DNA of 41,999 bases, from positions 1 through 41,999 of the forward strand of contig JAZQYT010000088.1 in assembly GCA_045633665.1 (NCBI GenBank). Direction: 5' to 3'. The notes under the pieces were generated by a model. That model saw only the letters and a list, made by a program, of their open reading frames with translations. It did no database searches and was not told where the DNA came from. This DNA is from Eubacteriales bacterium (GTDB lineage: Bacteria; Bacillota; Clostridia; Oscillospirales; CAG-272). Below, piece by piece: positions 7,369 to 16,598 of this stretch (its first letter is position 1; every line of letters begins with the position of its first letter). The translations under genes were made by a program, and so were the position numbers.

Positions 7369-8649
7369 TTATTCTGCCAGCAGCTTTTCAAGTGCTGCGA
7401 GTCTGACGCAGACGGTCAGCACGTTCATGGCATCGGTCAGATCGGGAATGGACGGATAGGTGGGAGCTATGCGGATATTGGAATCGGCGGGATCCTTGCC
7501 GTAAGGATAGGTTGCGCCTACCTTAGTCAGCACCACGCCTGCCTCTTTTGCAAGTTCGCCTGCTCTCTTGGCAGTTCCGGGCATGACGTACAGGCTGACG
7601 AAATAGCCGCCCTTGGGATCAGTCCAGCGTGCAATTCCCTTGTCGCCAAGGTCGCGCGCCAGCGTTTCCTTTACGATATCAAAGCGCGGACGAAGAATTG
7701 CCGCCTGCTTTTGCATGATAGCCTTGACGTTTTCTGCCGTGCCGAAATACTTGACGTGACGCAGCTGATTGATCTTGTTATAGCTGATGGTCTGCACGGT
7801 CATTTCCTTCTTGGCGTGATCGAGGTTTGCATCCGACATAGCCATCACGGCAACGCCTGCACCGGGATAGGTGATCTTGGAGGTGGAGGCAAAATAGAAG
7901 ATTCTGTCCTCGTTGCCATACTTTCTGCACAGTGCGAAAATATCCGCAAGATGGTCTTCCTGACCGTAAAGTGCATGTACGACGTAGGCATTATCCCAGA
8001 AAATGCGGAAGTCAGCGGCAGCGGTTTTCATGCTTGCCAAACGCTCAACGGTTTCATCTGAATAAATATAGCCATCGGGATTGGAATACTTGGGGTTACA
8101 CCAAATGCCCTTGATAGATGCATCGTTTGCAACCAAGGCCTCTACCATATCCATATCGGGGCCTGTAGGCAACATTGGGATGGTGATCATTTCAATGCCC
8201 ATTTTTTCACAGATCAGAAAATGACGGTCATATCCGGGAGAGGGACACAAAAACTTGATCTTATCCAGCTTGCACCACGGGATCGAGCCATCGGTTGCCG
8301 TGCCGTACAGCATGCAGCGGCACATGGTATCGTACATCAGCGTCAAGGACGAGTTGCCTGCCACGAAAATACTGGTTGCGGGGATGCCAAGCAGATCGCC
8401 AAACAGCTTTTTTGCCTCGGGGACGCCGTCCAGCATACCGTAGTTACGGCAGTCAAAGCCACTTTCGGAAAAGCAGGAGCTGCGATCGATGCAGGTCAAA
8501 AGACCGTCGATCATGTCAAGCTGCTCGGTGCTGGGCTTGCCGCGCGAAAGGTCAAGCGAAAGCCCCATGCCCTTTATATTTTTATATTCCTTTTGCAAGG
8601 ATTGGTATTCGGCAAGCAGCTGCTGCTTGCTCATATCTGTATAATGCAT
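7369..8649 (-). CDS. class I/II PLP-dependent aminotransferase
   Basis: A 426-aa ORF with the candidate PLP-lysine context [17 protein letters not shown]. The length and overall pattern fit aspartate-type aminotransferases. Confidence 0.7.
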   Translation of the reverse strand: MHYTDMSKQQLLAEYQSLQKEYKNIKGMGLSLDLSRGKPSTEQLDMIDGLLTCIDRSSCFSESGFDCRNYGMLDGVPEAKKLFGDLLGIPATSIFVAGNSSLTLMYDTMCRCMLYGTATDGSIPWCKLDKIKFLCPSPGYDRHFLICEKMGIEMITIPMLPTGPDMDMVEALVANDASIKGIWCNPKYSNPDGYIYSDETVERLASMKTAAADFRIFWDNAYVVHALYGQEDHLADIFALCRKYGNEDRIFYFASTSKITYPGAGVAVMAMSDANLDHAKKEMTVQTISYNKINQLRHVKYFGTAENVKAIMQKQAAILRPRFDIVKETLARDLGDKGIARWTDPKGGYFVSLYVMPGTAKRAGELAKEAGVVLTKVGATYPYGKDPADSNIRIAPTYPSIPDLTDAMNVLTVCVRLAALEKLLAE

Positions 8650-8684
8650 GTCTGTAAAAACTCCTATTTCAATTCAACTCACCC

Positions 8685-8713
8685 ATTATACCACGCAACT
8701 TGATATTTTGCAA
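8685..8713 (-). promoter_or_regulatory. sigma-70-type promoter (extended -10) of the aminotransferase gene
   Basis: The minus strand reads TTGCAA (8708-8713), a 17-nt spacer, then TGgTATAAT (TATAAT is the rc of 8685-8690). Confidence 0.6.
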
Positions 8714-8747
8714 TACCTATTTTGAATAATTTTCAATAATTATTGCA

Positions 8748-11114
8748 TTAATTATCGGCATTTTGCCCGTTTTTCCAAAATCCCGCAATTATTTTTGCAA
8801 GAGATTGTGCGTCGCTTGCAAAACGGACGTCTTCCCAATGCGGTGGGAACAGGTCAATATACCGCTGCTCAGCATATCTTTGATCCAGTAATACCACAAT
8901 ACCGCGGTCGGTATCGGTGCGTATGACGCGTCCTGCGGCCTGCAGCACGTGATTCATACCGGGATACACGTAGGCGTATTCATAACCCATTCCGTTTTGG
9001 TCGGCATAATAGTCGCGGATGATGTTGCGCTCATCGGAAAGACCGGGGATACCCACACCCACGATAATGCTGCCGATCAATCTGCCGCCAGGCAGATCCA
9101 CGCCCTCTGAGAACGAGCCGCCAAGCACGCAAAAGCCGATCAGCATACCGGGATTATCCGCGCAGAATGCGTCCAGAAACTGTTCCTTTTGCATCTGCGT
9201 CATACCGCGCTTTTGCACAATGATCGGCACGTCGGGATAGCGCGCGGAAAAGACCTTGACCACCTTTTCCATGTAGGAATAGGAGGGGAAATACACCATG
9301 TAGTTCCCTACCTTGCCGCAAACGGATGCAGCGATATAGGACGCGATCTTTTTGACCGATTTATCTCTGTCCTCGAATTTTGTACTCAGTCCGTCCGCAA
9401 CCGCCACACAAAGGTTTTCTCTCGGGAACGGTGACGGGAAATTGACCGATACCGCATGCTTACCACCGCCCAGCGTTTGTGCGAAGTAAGCAGGAGGCGT
9501 CAGCGTTGCGGAAAACATGATCACGGCCTGCGCTTCTGCGTTGCACGCGTCAAGCTGACGGCTGGGATCTAAGCATAGCTGATGCAGCGTCACGTCCTCT
9601 CCCTGCACGGACAGATAGGTGACAAAGCCTGCGTCGTAAAGCTCTGCCGCCGATACGTAGGCGCGCAGCTCTGTATAAAACGCCTCGATCATATCGTAAA
9701 GTGCGTCATAAGTGTGGTTTTTCAGCCATTTTTCAACGTTTCCCGCAAGCTGCGAAAAACATGCGTTGATATCGTCAAGCGCCTGGCGCGAAAAATAATA
9801 GCCTCTCTGTATCCCGTCCTCACCCTTTTGCATAGTGTCATGGCAGTAGCTTCTGACCGTGTCGAATACCTTCATGGTGTCTGTGATCTTCTTGTATAAG
9901 GGTTCGCTCTCAGGGATCATCTTCAAAAGCATTGAGAACGACGCGCTGCGCAAGGCCGAGGAGAACATATCTCTCGCTCTATCCGTCAGGTTATGCGCTT
10001 CGTCGACAAGAAGTACGTAACTCCCGTTATTTTCCACGAAATATCTGCGCAGCTTGACAGCGGGATTATACACGTAATTATAGTCACAGATCACGATACT
10101 GCAGAATTCCGAGAGATCTAGGGAAAGCTCGTAAGGGCAGACACCATATTTCTCTGCTATACGGGAAATATGTGCAGGGGTGTAACCGTTCTGATAGGTC
10201 AGTAGCTCGGAAATGGCCTGCATGATCTTGGTATGCGACAGGCTGCGCGGACAATTATGCTTGCAGGTGCGCGAATTGTAGTCGTCCGCCGGACACATTT
10301 GCTCTTTTGCGGACAAAATGATGGTGCGCAAGGGTGCGCCCGCATCAAACAGACGCTTGGCTGCCGCAAAGGCTTCGCGACGCGTGCTGGATTTTGCGGT
10401 GAGATAGAAGACCTTATCGCATTTGCCCTTACCCATGGCGCGCACAGCGGGATACATGGTGGATATGGTCTTACCAATGCCCGTAGGGGCTTGAATAAAC
10501 AGTCGCTTCCCGTGCATGATATCGCGATAGCATTCACGCATGAACTCCTCCTGCCCCTCTCTGATCTCCGGATACGGAAAAGCAAGCGCGGCTGCACGCG
10601 GCTTGACGTCACGGTTTTGCTCTATGCAATTTTGGATATATGGCATCACACGGGAAAGCAGCGAGGTATATTCCTCCTGCAGGCTTTGTGCGGTGTACGT
10701 CATGCTGCAGCCAGCACTTTCACCGTTTGACGTAACCGATATCTTACGGAGCGTGACGCTTGAGAGCTGCTTGGCACTTGCCAAGAAAAAACCAAGGCAA
10801 CGCTGGCGCACGGGAATGCTTTGTATCTCGTTCTCATCCGGTAGATTTGCTACGCGACGGCTATGATCGATGATCATGCTGTCTCCGTCTATTTCAATGC
10901 CCTGTGCCGTGCCGCTTACCTTGATCAGCACGCCTGCAAAGCGACAGGTATGCTGCAGCTGCACATCGGTATAATATGCACCGCCCTTTGCGGCCAGCGC
11001 GTCCATATCACATTCCGCACTCGGCTCTTCTTTATAGTTGCCGCGCCCGAACGCAAGAGAGCAAAGCTCTGCAAGCGCAAGCTCGACTGCTCCCGTTTGC
11101 TCATGATAATGCAT
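8748..11114 (-). CDS. XPD/DinG (Rad3)-family ATP-dependent DNA helicase with an N-terminal extra domain
   Basis: A 788-aa ORF with Walker A (QAPTGIGKT) and DEAH box (LLVDEAHNL). The Cys-rich segment between them (CPADDYNSRTCKHNCP...CPYE) is consistent with the Fe-S domain. The C-terminal motif is QAAGRVIRTDTDRG. Confidence 0.75.
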   Translation of the reverse strand: MHYHEQTGAVELALAELCSLAFGRGNYKEEPSAECDMDALAAKGGAYYTDVQLQHTCRFAGVLIKVSGTAQGIEIDGDSMIIDHSRRVANLPDENEIQSIPVRQRCLGFFLASAKQLSSVTLRKISVTSNGESAGCSMTYTAQSLQEEYTSLLSRVMPYIQNCIEQNRDVKPRAAALAFPYPEIREGQEEFMRECYRDIMHGKRLFIQAPTGIGKTISTMYPAVRAMGKGKCDKVFYLTAKSSTRREAFAAAKRLFDAGAPLRTIILSAKEQMCPADDYNSRTCKHNCPRSLSHTKIMQAISELLTYQNGYTPAHISRIAEKYGVCPYELSLDLSEFCSIVICDYNYVYNPAVKLRRYFVENNGSYVLLVDEAHNLTDRARDMFSSALRSASFSMLLKMIPESEPLYKKITDTMKVFDTVRSYCHDTMQKGEDGIQRGYYFSRQALDDINACFSQLAGNVEKWLKNHTYDALYDMIEAFYTELRAYVSAAELYDAGFVTYLSVQGEDVTLHQLCLDPSRQLDACNAEAQAVIMFSATLTPPAYFAQTLGGGKHAVSVNFPSPFPRENLCVAVADGLSTKFEDRDKSVKKIASYIAASVCGKVGNYMVYFPSYSYMEKVVKVFSARYPDVPIIVQKRGMTQMQKEQFLDAFCADNPGMLIGFCVLGGSFSEGVDLPGGRLIGSIIVGVGIPGLSDERNIIRDYYADQNGMGYEYAYVYPGMNHVLQAAGRVIRTDTDRGIVVLLDQRYAEQRYIDLFPPHWEDVRFASDAQSLAKIIAGFWKNGQNADN

Positions 11115-11142
11115 CCTGTCACCTCCCTTTGGTATTTTTTCT

Positions 11143-11171
11143 ATTATATCACATCAAAGTCCGCGCGTCAA
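11143..11171 (-). promoter_or_regulatory. sigma-70-type promoter of the helicase gene
   Basis: The minus strand reads TTGACG (rc of 11166-11171), a 17-nt spacer, then TATAAT (rc of 11143-11148). Confidence 0.6.
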
Positions 11172-11195
11172 TCAAAATTACCATAATTTTAGGGG

Positions 11196-11224
11196 TACAC
11201 AATACGCAACGGATCGCTTATAAT
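11196..11224 (+). promoter_or_regulatory. candidate promoter of the mecA-like gene (divergent from the helicase promoter)
   Basis: TACACA (11196-11201), a 17-nt spacer, then TATAAT (11219-11224). Confidence 0.45.
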
Positions 11225-11261
11225 GTAAGTATGAGAGTTACAACCGAAAGGAATGATATAC

Positions 11262-11903
11262 ATGGATTTGATCAAGATCAGCGATACAAAGCTAAAGATC
11301 ATGTTGACCTCCTCGGATATGAGGCATTACGACCTACATAACGACAACGTCAGCTTTGCCGATGTGCACGTGCGACGCGTGCTGCGTCAACTTCTGGCTG
11401 ATGCGCGTGAGCAAACAGGATTTGACGGAGACGTGACGCGGCTTTACGTGCAAATGTACCCGTGTGCTGACGGTGGTTGTGAGTTTTTTGTTTCCAAGCT
11501 GGAGAACGAAGAGGAAACTGCGGGATGGGATACAAAGCATCATTTATCAACACCCTCACTTCCCTCTCCCATAACGCATTCACGCGCTTTGCGCAAGACA
11601 GAAAGGCACGGACGGGATATGTGTGCTTATTCATTTGTTCGACTTGAAGATCTGATTTTGGTATGCAAGCGGCTGCACGCAGTCGGATTTCCCGGTAAAA
11701 GCAGCTTGTATGCGGATCACAAGCACGTTTTTTATTTGTTTTTGCGTGATTTTTCCACACCGTCCTTGTATTGCCCTGATGAATACTGCTTTCTTTGCGA
11801 ATACGGTGTCCGTGAAAACGCAAGAGCCTTACAGACGTACGTGGGCGAATACTGCAGCCTGATCTGCCAAGAAAATGCGATTGAAGCAATGTCGGCACTA
11901 TAA
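11262..11903 (+). CDS. mecA: MecA-like adaptor protein
   Basis: I placed the start at MDLIKISDTKLKIML (ATG 11262, with GAAAGGAA upstream). The N-terminal pattern and the C-terminal pattern (YSF...FYLFLRD...CEYG...YVGEYCSLICQENAIEAM) parallel B. subtilis MecA as I remember its sequence. Confidence 0.6.
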   Translation: MDLIKISDTKLKIMLTSSDMRHYDLHNDNVSFADVHVRRVLRQLLADAREQTGFDGDVTRLYVQMYPCADGGCEFFVSKLENEEETAGWDTKHHLSTPSLPSPITHSRALRKTERHGRDMCAYSFVRLEDLILVCKRLHAVGFPGKSSLYADHKHVFYLFLRDFSTPSLYCPDEYCFLCEYGVRENARALQTYVGEYCSLICQENAIEAMSAL

Positions 11904-11917
11904 ATTTTGACAAGCTA

Positions 11918-11946
11918 TTGCATTCTCCTCGATTATTTGCTATAAT
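11918..11946 (+). promoter_or_regulatory. candidate promoter of the UDG/AEC genes
   Basis: TTGCAT (11918-11923), a 17-nt spacer, then TATAAT (11941-11946). Confidence 0.45.
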
Positions 11947-11982
11947 ATATCAAGAAAATAGCAAGAATGCGAGGTGTTACCC

Positions 11983-12537
11983 TTGACCTGGGATCAACTT
12001 TACGAGGCATGCTGCTCCTGCCAAGGCTGCGAGCTTGCCAAAACAAGAACGAATTGCGTGTTTGGCACGGGAAACAAAGAGGCGGATATTCTGTTTGTGG
12101 GCGAAGCGCCCGGTGAGCAGGAGGATCTTTCCGGCACGCCCTTTGTGGGCAGAGCCGGCCAGCTGCTGGATAAATATTTGTACGCGGTGGATATTGCGCG
12201 TGAGGACGTTTATATTGCCAACATTTTGAAATGCCGTCCGCCCAAGAATCGCGATCCGCTGCCGGCGGAAGAGGATGCATGCATCGACTTTCTGCGTGAG
12301 CAGGTGCGCCTGATCCGCCCCAAGATCATTGTGTGTTTGGGCAGAATTGCGGCTATGCGCCTTATCAAGCCCGATTTCAAGATATCCAAGGAGCATGGCA
12401 CCTGGTTTGAAAAGGGCAATTTCGTCATGACCGCTGTCTATCACCCTGCAGCGCTTTTGCGTGATCCGCGACGCAAGGAGGAAATGCTGGCAGATATGCA
12501 AGAGATCAAGAAAAAACTGGATAGCTTAAAGGATTGA
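11983..12537 (+). CDS. uracil-DNA glycosylase, family 4
   Basis: Motifs GEAPGEQED, PFVGRAGQLL and HPAALLR are present, together with N-terminal cysteines (CCSCQGCEL). The start is ambiguous: TTG 11983 lies 6 nt after GAGGTG, while the track start is GTG 11974. Confidence 0.8.
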   Translation: MTWDQLYEACCSCQGCELAKTRTNCVFGTGNKEADILFVGEAPGEQEDLSGTPFVGRAGQLLDKYLYAVDIAREDVYIANILKCRPPKNRDPLPAEEDACIDFLREQVRLIRPKIIVCLGRIAAMRLIKPDFKISKEHGTWFEKGNFVMTAVYHPAALLRDPRRKEEMLADMQEIKKKLDSLKD

Positions 12538-12543
12538 TACACT

Positions 12544-13521
12544 ATGAATTTTGACTTTACTTCCCTTTTGGTTGTCATAATTGTCATGTTTCTGATGCTG
12601 GTCATCGGCTTTTTCTGCCGAAAGATCGGTTGGATCGATGAAGCCGCCTCCAAAAGGCTTTCCACGCTGATCATCAAGGTCGGGCAGCCTATGATGATCA
12701 TTGATGCGCTTGTGAATGTGGAATACACCAACGAAAATCTCAAGCAGGGGCTTTTGATCCTTGGCATCGGCTTCTTTTTGCATCTGCTCATGGCACTGAT
12801 CGCCTTCCCCCTCTGCCTGCCCTATAAAAATCTTGACGAGCGCAAGATCACTGAGTTCTCTCTTATCTTTACAAACTGCGGCTTTATCGGTCTGCCCATT
12901 TTGGGCGCGATCTTTGGCGATATAGGCAAATTCTACGGTGCGTTCTATCTGATCAGCTTTAATATTTTCATGTACATTTGGGGACTTATGATACTGGGGC
13001 GCAAACGTGATGACATTCGCATGACGCCCAAAAAGGCCTTGATCAACTTCGGCTCTGTTCCCTGTGCCATTGGCGTTGTGCTGTATCTTTTGCGCAATCC
13101 CGCACTCAAGAATCCTTTGATCGGTACAGTTGTTGACGACGCATTCTTGATGCTGTTTGCCAAGCTTGCCGCGCTCTGCCTGCCGATCTCGGTACTGATC
13201 ACGGGAGCGCTGCTTGCTACAAGAACCCCCAAGCAGCTGCTTTGTTCGGGAAAGATCTATCTGTTCTCTTTGTGCAAGCTGATCCTGATTCCCGCGCTTG
13301 TTTTCGTGATTTGCAAGCTGCTCGGTTTTTCCGATGATATCGTCATGTTTTCCACTGCCGTCACGGCCTTGCCTACGGCATCCATCATTTCGATGTTTTC
13401 TGAAACATACGATATCTCTCCCGGATATGCCTCACAGACCGTGGGCGTTTCCAGTATGCTTTGCCTTGTTACGCTGCCGCTTATGCTGACGCTGGCTGAT
13501 TGGGTGCTGAAAATATGGTAA
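12544..13521 (+). CDS. AEC (auxin efflux carrier) family transporter
   Basis: A 325-aa polytopic membrane protein. The N-terminus (FLMLVIGFFCRKIGWIDEAASKRLSTLIIKVGQPMMI) is typical of Mem_trans/AEC proteins. Confidence 0.7.
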   Translation: MNFDFTSLLVVIIVMFLMLVIGFFCRKIGWIDEAASKRLSTLIIKVGQPMMIIDALVNVEYTNENLKQGLLILGIGFFLHLLMALIAFPLCLPYKNLDERKITEFSLIFTNCGFIGLPILGAIFGDIGKFYGAFYLISFNIFMYIWGLMILGRKRDDIRMTPKKALINFGSVPCAIGVVLYLLRNPALKNPLIGTVVDDAFLMLFAKLAALCLPISVLITGALLATRTPKQLLCSGKIYLFSLCKLILIPALVFVICKLLGFSDDIVMFSTAVTALPTASIISMFSETYDISPGYASQTVGVSSMLCLVTLPLMLTLADWVLKIW

Positions 13522-13523
13522 GC

Positions 13524-13556
13524 AAAAGCTCCACCAAAAAAGGTGGAGCTTTTACT
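13524..13556 (+). terminator. rho-independent terminator after the AEC gene
   Basis: AAAAGCTCCACC (13524-13535) pairs with GGTGGAGCTTTT (13542-13553). Confidence 0.75.
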
Positions 13557-13835
13557 ATAGCCAAAGAGAGCCGAACTCACACGGCTTTGAGCGGCAAATA
13601 TCTGCACCTGCGGCAGACAACATGCTCGCAATATCTTATATTGCGAGCATTTTCTCTTTGCATCTGCGAAATATTGGCTCGCGCAAAACTGCGCAGCACC
13701 CTCCGGCGTTGAATTTTTTGATGGATTTTGTCGAAGCGAGTCGAAGCAAGATACGCATCTAGCGAGGCGAGATTTGGCAAAAGACGCGAAAAATTCTCGC
13801 CGCATGGCGTATGAGTTTGGCTCTCTGCGGCTATA
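13556..13835. repeat. 280-bp intergenic element bounded by 24-bp imperfect inverted repeats
   Basis: tatagccaaagagagccgaactca (13556-13579) matches the rc of tgagtttggctctctgcggctata (13812-13835) at 21 of 24 positions. Internal hairpins are catgctcgcaata/tattgcgagcat (13621-13650) and ggcgaga/tctcgcc (about 13766-13800). Confidence 0.6.
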
Positions 13836-16493
13836 TCATTCGATCCCCTCGGCAAGTGCGCGAAGCAGGAAGGAACGAACGCAATAGATCTGATCGTCAT
13901 CTCTTGTAAAGGTGACGGTGCTGGTCACGATATGGCTGACAAGTTCATCGGTAAATTCCTTGCCGCGCGTTTGCTCTAACATGGTCAGCAGCTGATAGTC
14001 CTCAATGCCGTCTCGCATATTGAGCAGACGGATCGAAGGAATGGGCTCAAGCTGATTGTATGCAGAGCCGGGATAAATCAGAATACCATCGCCGGGGCCT
14101 GTCTTGGAGAACGGACAACGCATGCTGTAGGTTGCGTTTCCTGCTACGTCGTAATAGGATACGTGCCAGTAAAGGAAGCCTGTGCTGCCCAACATGTAAT
14201 TGGTCCAGAACATGGTACGTCCCTCTGTGCCGTCATTAAAGAGCAGGATATTCTGATACGGAGAGGTATACGGAGGCTGGCATGCCACGTAATTCCAAAG
14301 CTCATGTCCTTGATCCTTGAAATTCTGCATACGATCCTGGAATGCGCCAAGCTCCTTGTCCATGGCAGAGGTCTGCATATACTGCTCGTTGGTAAACGAA
14401 GAGCCCAAATCTCTGGGAGTAGCACCCGTGAACACGGATGTCCAAACGTTGACGTATTTGGACAGATATTCGATCGAATCGCGCTCTCCTGCCACCTTGT
14501 ATTGGTCATACCACGACGGGAATGCCTGGGTTTTGTCGACTGTGTTGAAGTTGAACTTGCTATAGTCCATGATTCTCTCGAAAGGAACCATCATGCGGTA
14601 GTTTTCCCAGCCCCAAACGTTTTTCAGCATATCAGCCTCTCTTGCAATCGCCATGACGCTGAGAAGTCCCGTGTTATCATAGACGGTTTCGCTCGTGCCG
14701 TCCGGCCAACCGATCGGACGCCATCCGCGCGGAACACCCGGCTCATCCTGTCCGTAATAGAATAGCTTGGGGGCAATGATGGGATTATCCTTGAGAGCAT
14801 TATACTGATCCTGATTGAGCACTCTGACGGTCGTTACGCGGGGGCTTTCCATCCATTCTGTGCCAAGCATATCATAGAAGGTCAGGCTACCTGTCAGAGT
14901 AATACGGTTTTTCAAGAAATAATCAGCAGTTGCGCGTGCGATCTCCACGTCCGTGTAGCGGGTACGGTCGGGATAGCTGTTGTAGTGGTGCATGTAGTTG
15001 GCAACGAAATCCCAAAGGGTAAACGCTGTGTCAAGCGCAGTTTCCTCGGCCAGCGTGACGTCATATACGTAAGTATAGACGTTAGCCATCTTAATGCACT
15101 TGCCCGTATCGGCATCATAGACCTCAATGGTTGCCTTGTATGCACCGGGAGTCGTATTCATATCGGTTTGTGCCTGAACGACAAAGCCTCTGATCGACTC
15201 GCGGAAGGGGTATTTTTCATGATCCCAGTTAGATCCTGAGAACGGACCGAGCAGCACGTAGTTGCCATAATCGACCTTGCTGTCGGCATCCATACCGAAG
15301 CTGCCGTTTTCCTCATTATTGGAGCATGCCACGTACGAATCGTACGGGATTACCGCATCGGGATATACAAAGCCTGCGGGATAGCCGTGATAGGGCAGAT
15401 ATCCGTCCTCGACATAGAATTCCACGCCAAGCTCGGCAGGTATCGTTTGTCCCTGCTCATTTGCAAATTCGGAGATCTTGATAGTCACCTTTTTGGTGGT
15501 GGGCGAATACAGGAAGAACTGGCATCCCTCGATCTCGTTTTTACCCATCTGAATGGTATAGCTGTCCAAACCGCTATCCTTTCCTGAGGTATCATAACGG
15601 GAAAGCTTTTGGGTGATATGGTCAAACCACAGCTTGACGCTTGCATCGTCATCGGGCGCGGTAACGCTTTCATGTTCCGTAATCGGATCATAGAAGGAAA
15701 CGTCCATATCCGAGCCATAACCAATGCCATAAATCTCCTGCAAGGACGCACGAAGATCATCTGCGGCAGAGCTTCTGACTGTTATTTTGAGCTCGCAGAA
15801 GCAATATACCTTACCCGTGTCCAGATCCTTGATCAGCAAATGGATTTCCTGACCGCTCGGGAAGCTGCTGATGGGCAGCTTATATCTGAAGCCCGTTGCA
15901 TTGGTCTGTCCTTCCTTTTTGGCAGCCTTGAGCACTGCGGACTCGCGCTCAACAATCTCAACGTTCTCGGTGCTGTACTGCACCACGTTATCAACGCCAA
16001 GTCGCCATGCAAGCTCGAAATTCTCCATGCTCATGCCGATCCAGCCGTAGATCTCAAAGGTGCCGTGATCCTCGTCCACCGTCAGATCGTTGTTTTTGAA
16101 GGTCTTGGCATATTCCTTTTGCGTCACATCGTTCTTGATCGAGTCAAGTCTGACCTGGCCGACCTTCTTATCCGAGTCCTTCCAATACATATTGCCGCAG
16201 TCACCGTCATCATCCACAGTTGGAGGCGGAGGGCCTACCGGCTCGGTTTCTGCCTCTGTGTCCGATTCGGTTACAGGCTCAGTCTGCGTTTCGGGTTCGG
16301 TTTGTGTGTCCGTCGTTCCGGGATCTGTTTCAGTCTCGGGATCTGTTTCAGTCCCCTTTTCCGTGCTTACGTCAGTTTCGTGCGAAAGGGTGGAATCCAC
16401 CTCGCCCGAAGGACCTGTGGGCGTTGTGCAGCAGGTAAACAGCATCAAAGCGCACAGACACAGCAAAGACAGTCGTATAAGTCGCGTTTTCAT
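13836..16493 (-). CDS. DUF4091-domain (GH123-like) secreted lipoprotein
   Basis: I placed the start at MKTRLIRLSLLCLCALMLFTCC (ATG is the rc of 16491-16493, after AAGGAG). It has an acidic T/E/P linker. The C-terminal motif GDGILIYPG...PIPSIRLLNMRDGIEDYQLL is characteristic of DUF4091. Confidence 0.6.
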   Translation of the reverse strand: MKTRLIRLSLLCLCALMLFTCCTTPTGPSGEVDSTLSHETDVSTEKGTETDPETETDPGTTDTQTEPETQTEPVTESDTEAETEPVGPPPPTVDDDGDCGNMYWKDSDKKVGQVRLDSIKNDVTQKEYAKTFKNNDLTVDEDHGTFEIYGWIGMSMENFELAWRLGVDNVVQYSTENVEIVERESAVLKAAKKEGQTNATGFRYKLPISSFPSGQEIHLLIKDLDTGKVYCFCELKITVRSSAADDLRASLQEIYGIGYGSDMDVSFYDPITEHESVTAPDDDASVKLWFDHITQKLSRYDTSGKDSGLDSYTIQMGKNEIEGCQFFLYSPTTKKVTIKISEFANEQGQTIPAELGVEFYVEDGYLPYHGYPAGFVYPDAVIPYDSYVACSNNEENGSFGMDADSKVDYGNYVLLGPFSGSNWDHEKYPFRESIRGFVVQAQTDMNTTPGAYKATIEVYDADTGKCIKMANVYTYVYDVTLAEETALDTAFTLWDFVANYMHHYNSYPDRTRYTDVEIARATADYFLKNRITLTGSLTFYDMLGTEWMESPRVTTVRVLNQDQYNALKDNPIIAPKLFYYGQDEPGVPRGWRPIGWPDGTSETVYDNTGLLSVMAIAREADMLKNVWGWENYRMMVPFERIMDYSKFNFNTVDKTQAFPSWYDQYKVAGERDSIEYLSKYVNVWTSVFTGATPRDLGSSFTNEQYMQTSAMDKELGAFQDRMQNFKDQGHELWNYVACQPPYTSPYQNILLFNDGTEGRTMFWTNYMLGSTGFLYWHVSYYDVAGNATYSMRCPFSKTGPGDGILIYPGSAYNQLEPIPSIRLLNMRDGIEDYQLLTMLEQTRGKEFTDELVSHIVTSTVTFTRDDDQIYCVRSFLLRALAEGIE

Positions 16494-16534
16494 AATCAGC
16501 ACTCCTTATGATTCGATTGTTTGGATATATGCTC

Positions 16535-16563
16535 ATTATATCACAACTTTTCGCAGGATGCAA
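16535..16563 (-). promoter_or_regulatory. sigma-70-type promoter of the DUF4091 gene
   Basis: The minus strand reads TTGCAT (rc of 16558-16563), a 17-nt spacer, then TATAAT (rc of 16535-16540). Confidence 0.55.
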
Positions 16564-16598
16564 GAGAAAATTTATATCACAAGCTGTAGCGATTACAT

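Noticed and set aside
12441-12791. Minus-strand ORFs 12441..12791 and 12526..12783 across the UDG/AEC junction.
   Set aside because: They are antisense to two well-supported + strand genes and have no RBS.
13257-13805. The 182-aa minus-strand ORF spanning the IR-bounded intergenic element.
   Set aside because: Its 3' part runs antisense through the end of the AEC transporter gene and its terminator. It has no RBS and low-complexity composition. The region is better explained as non-coding.
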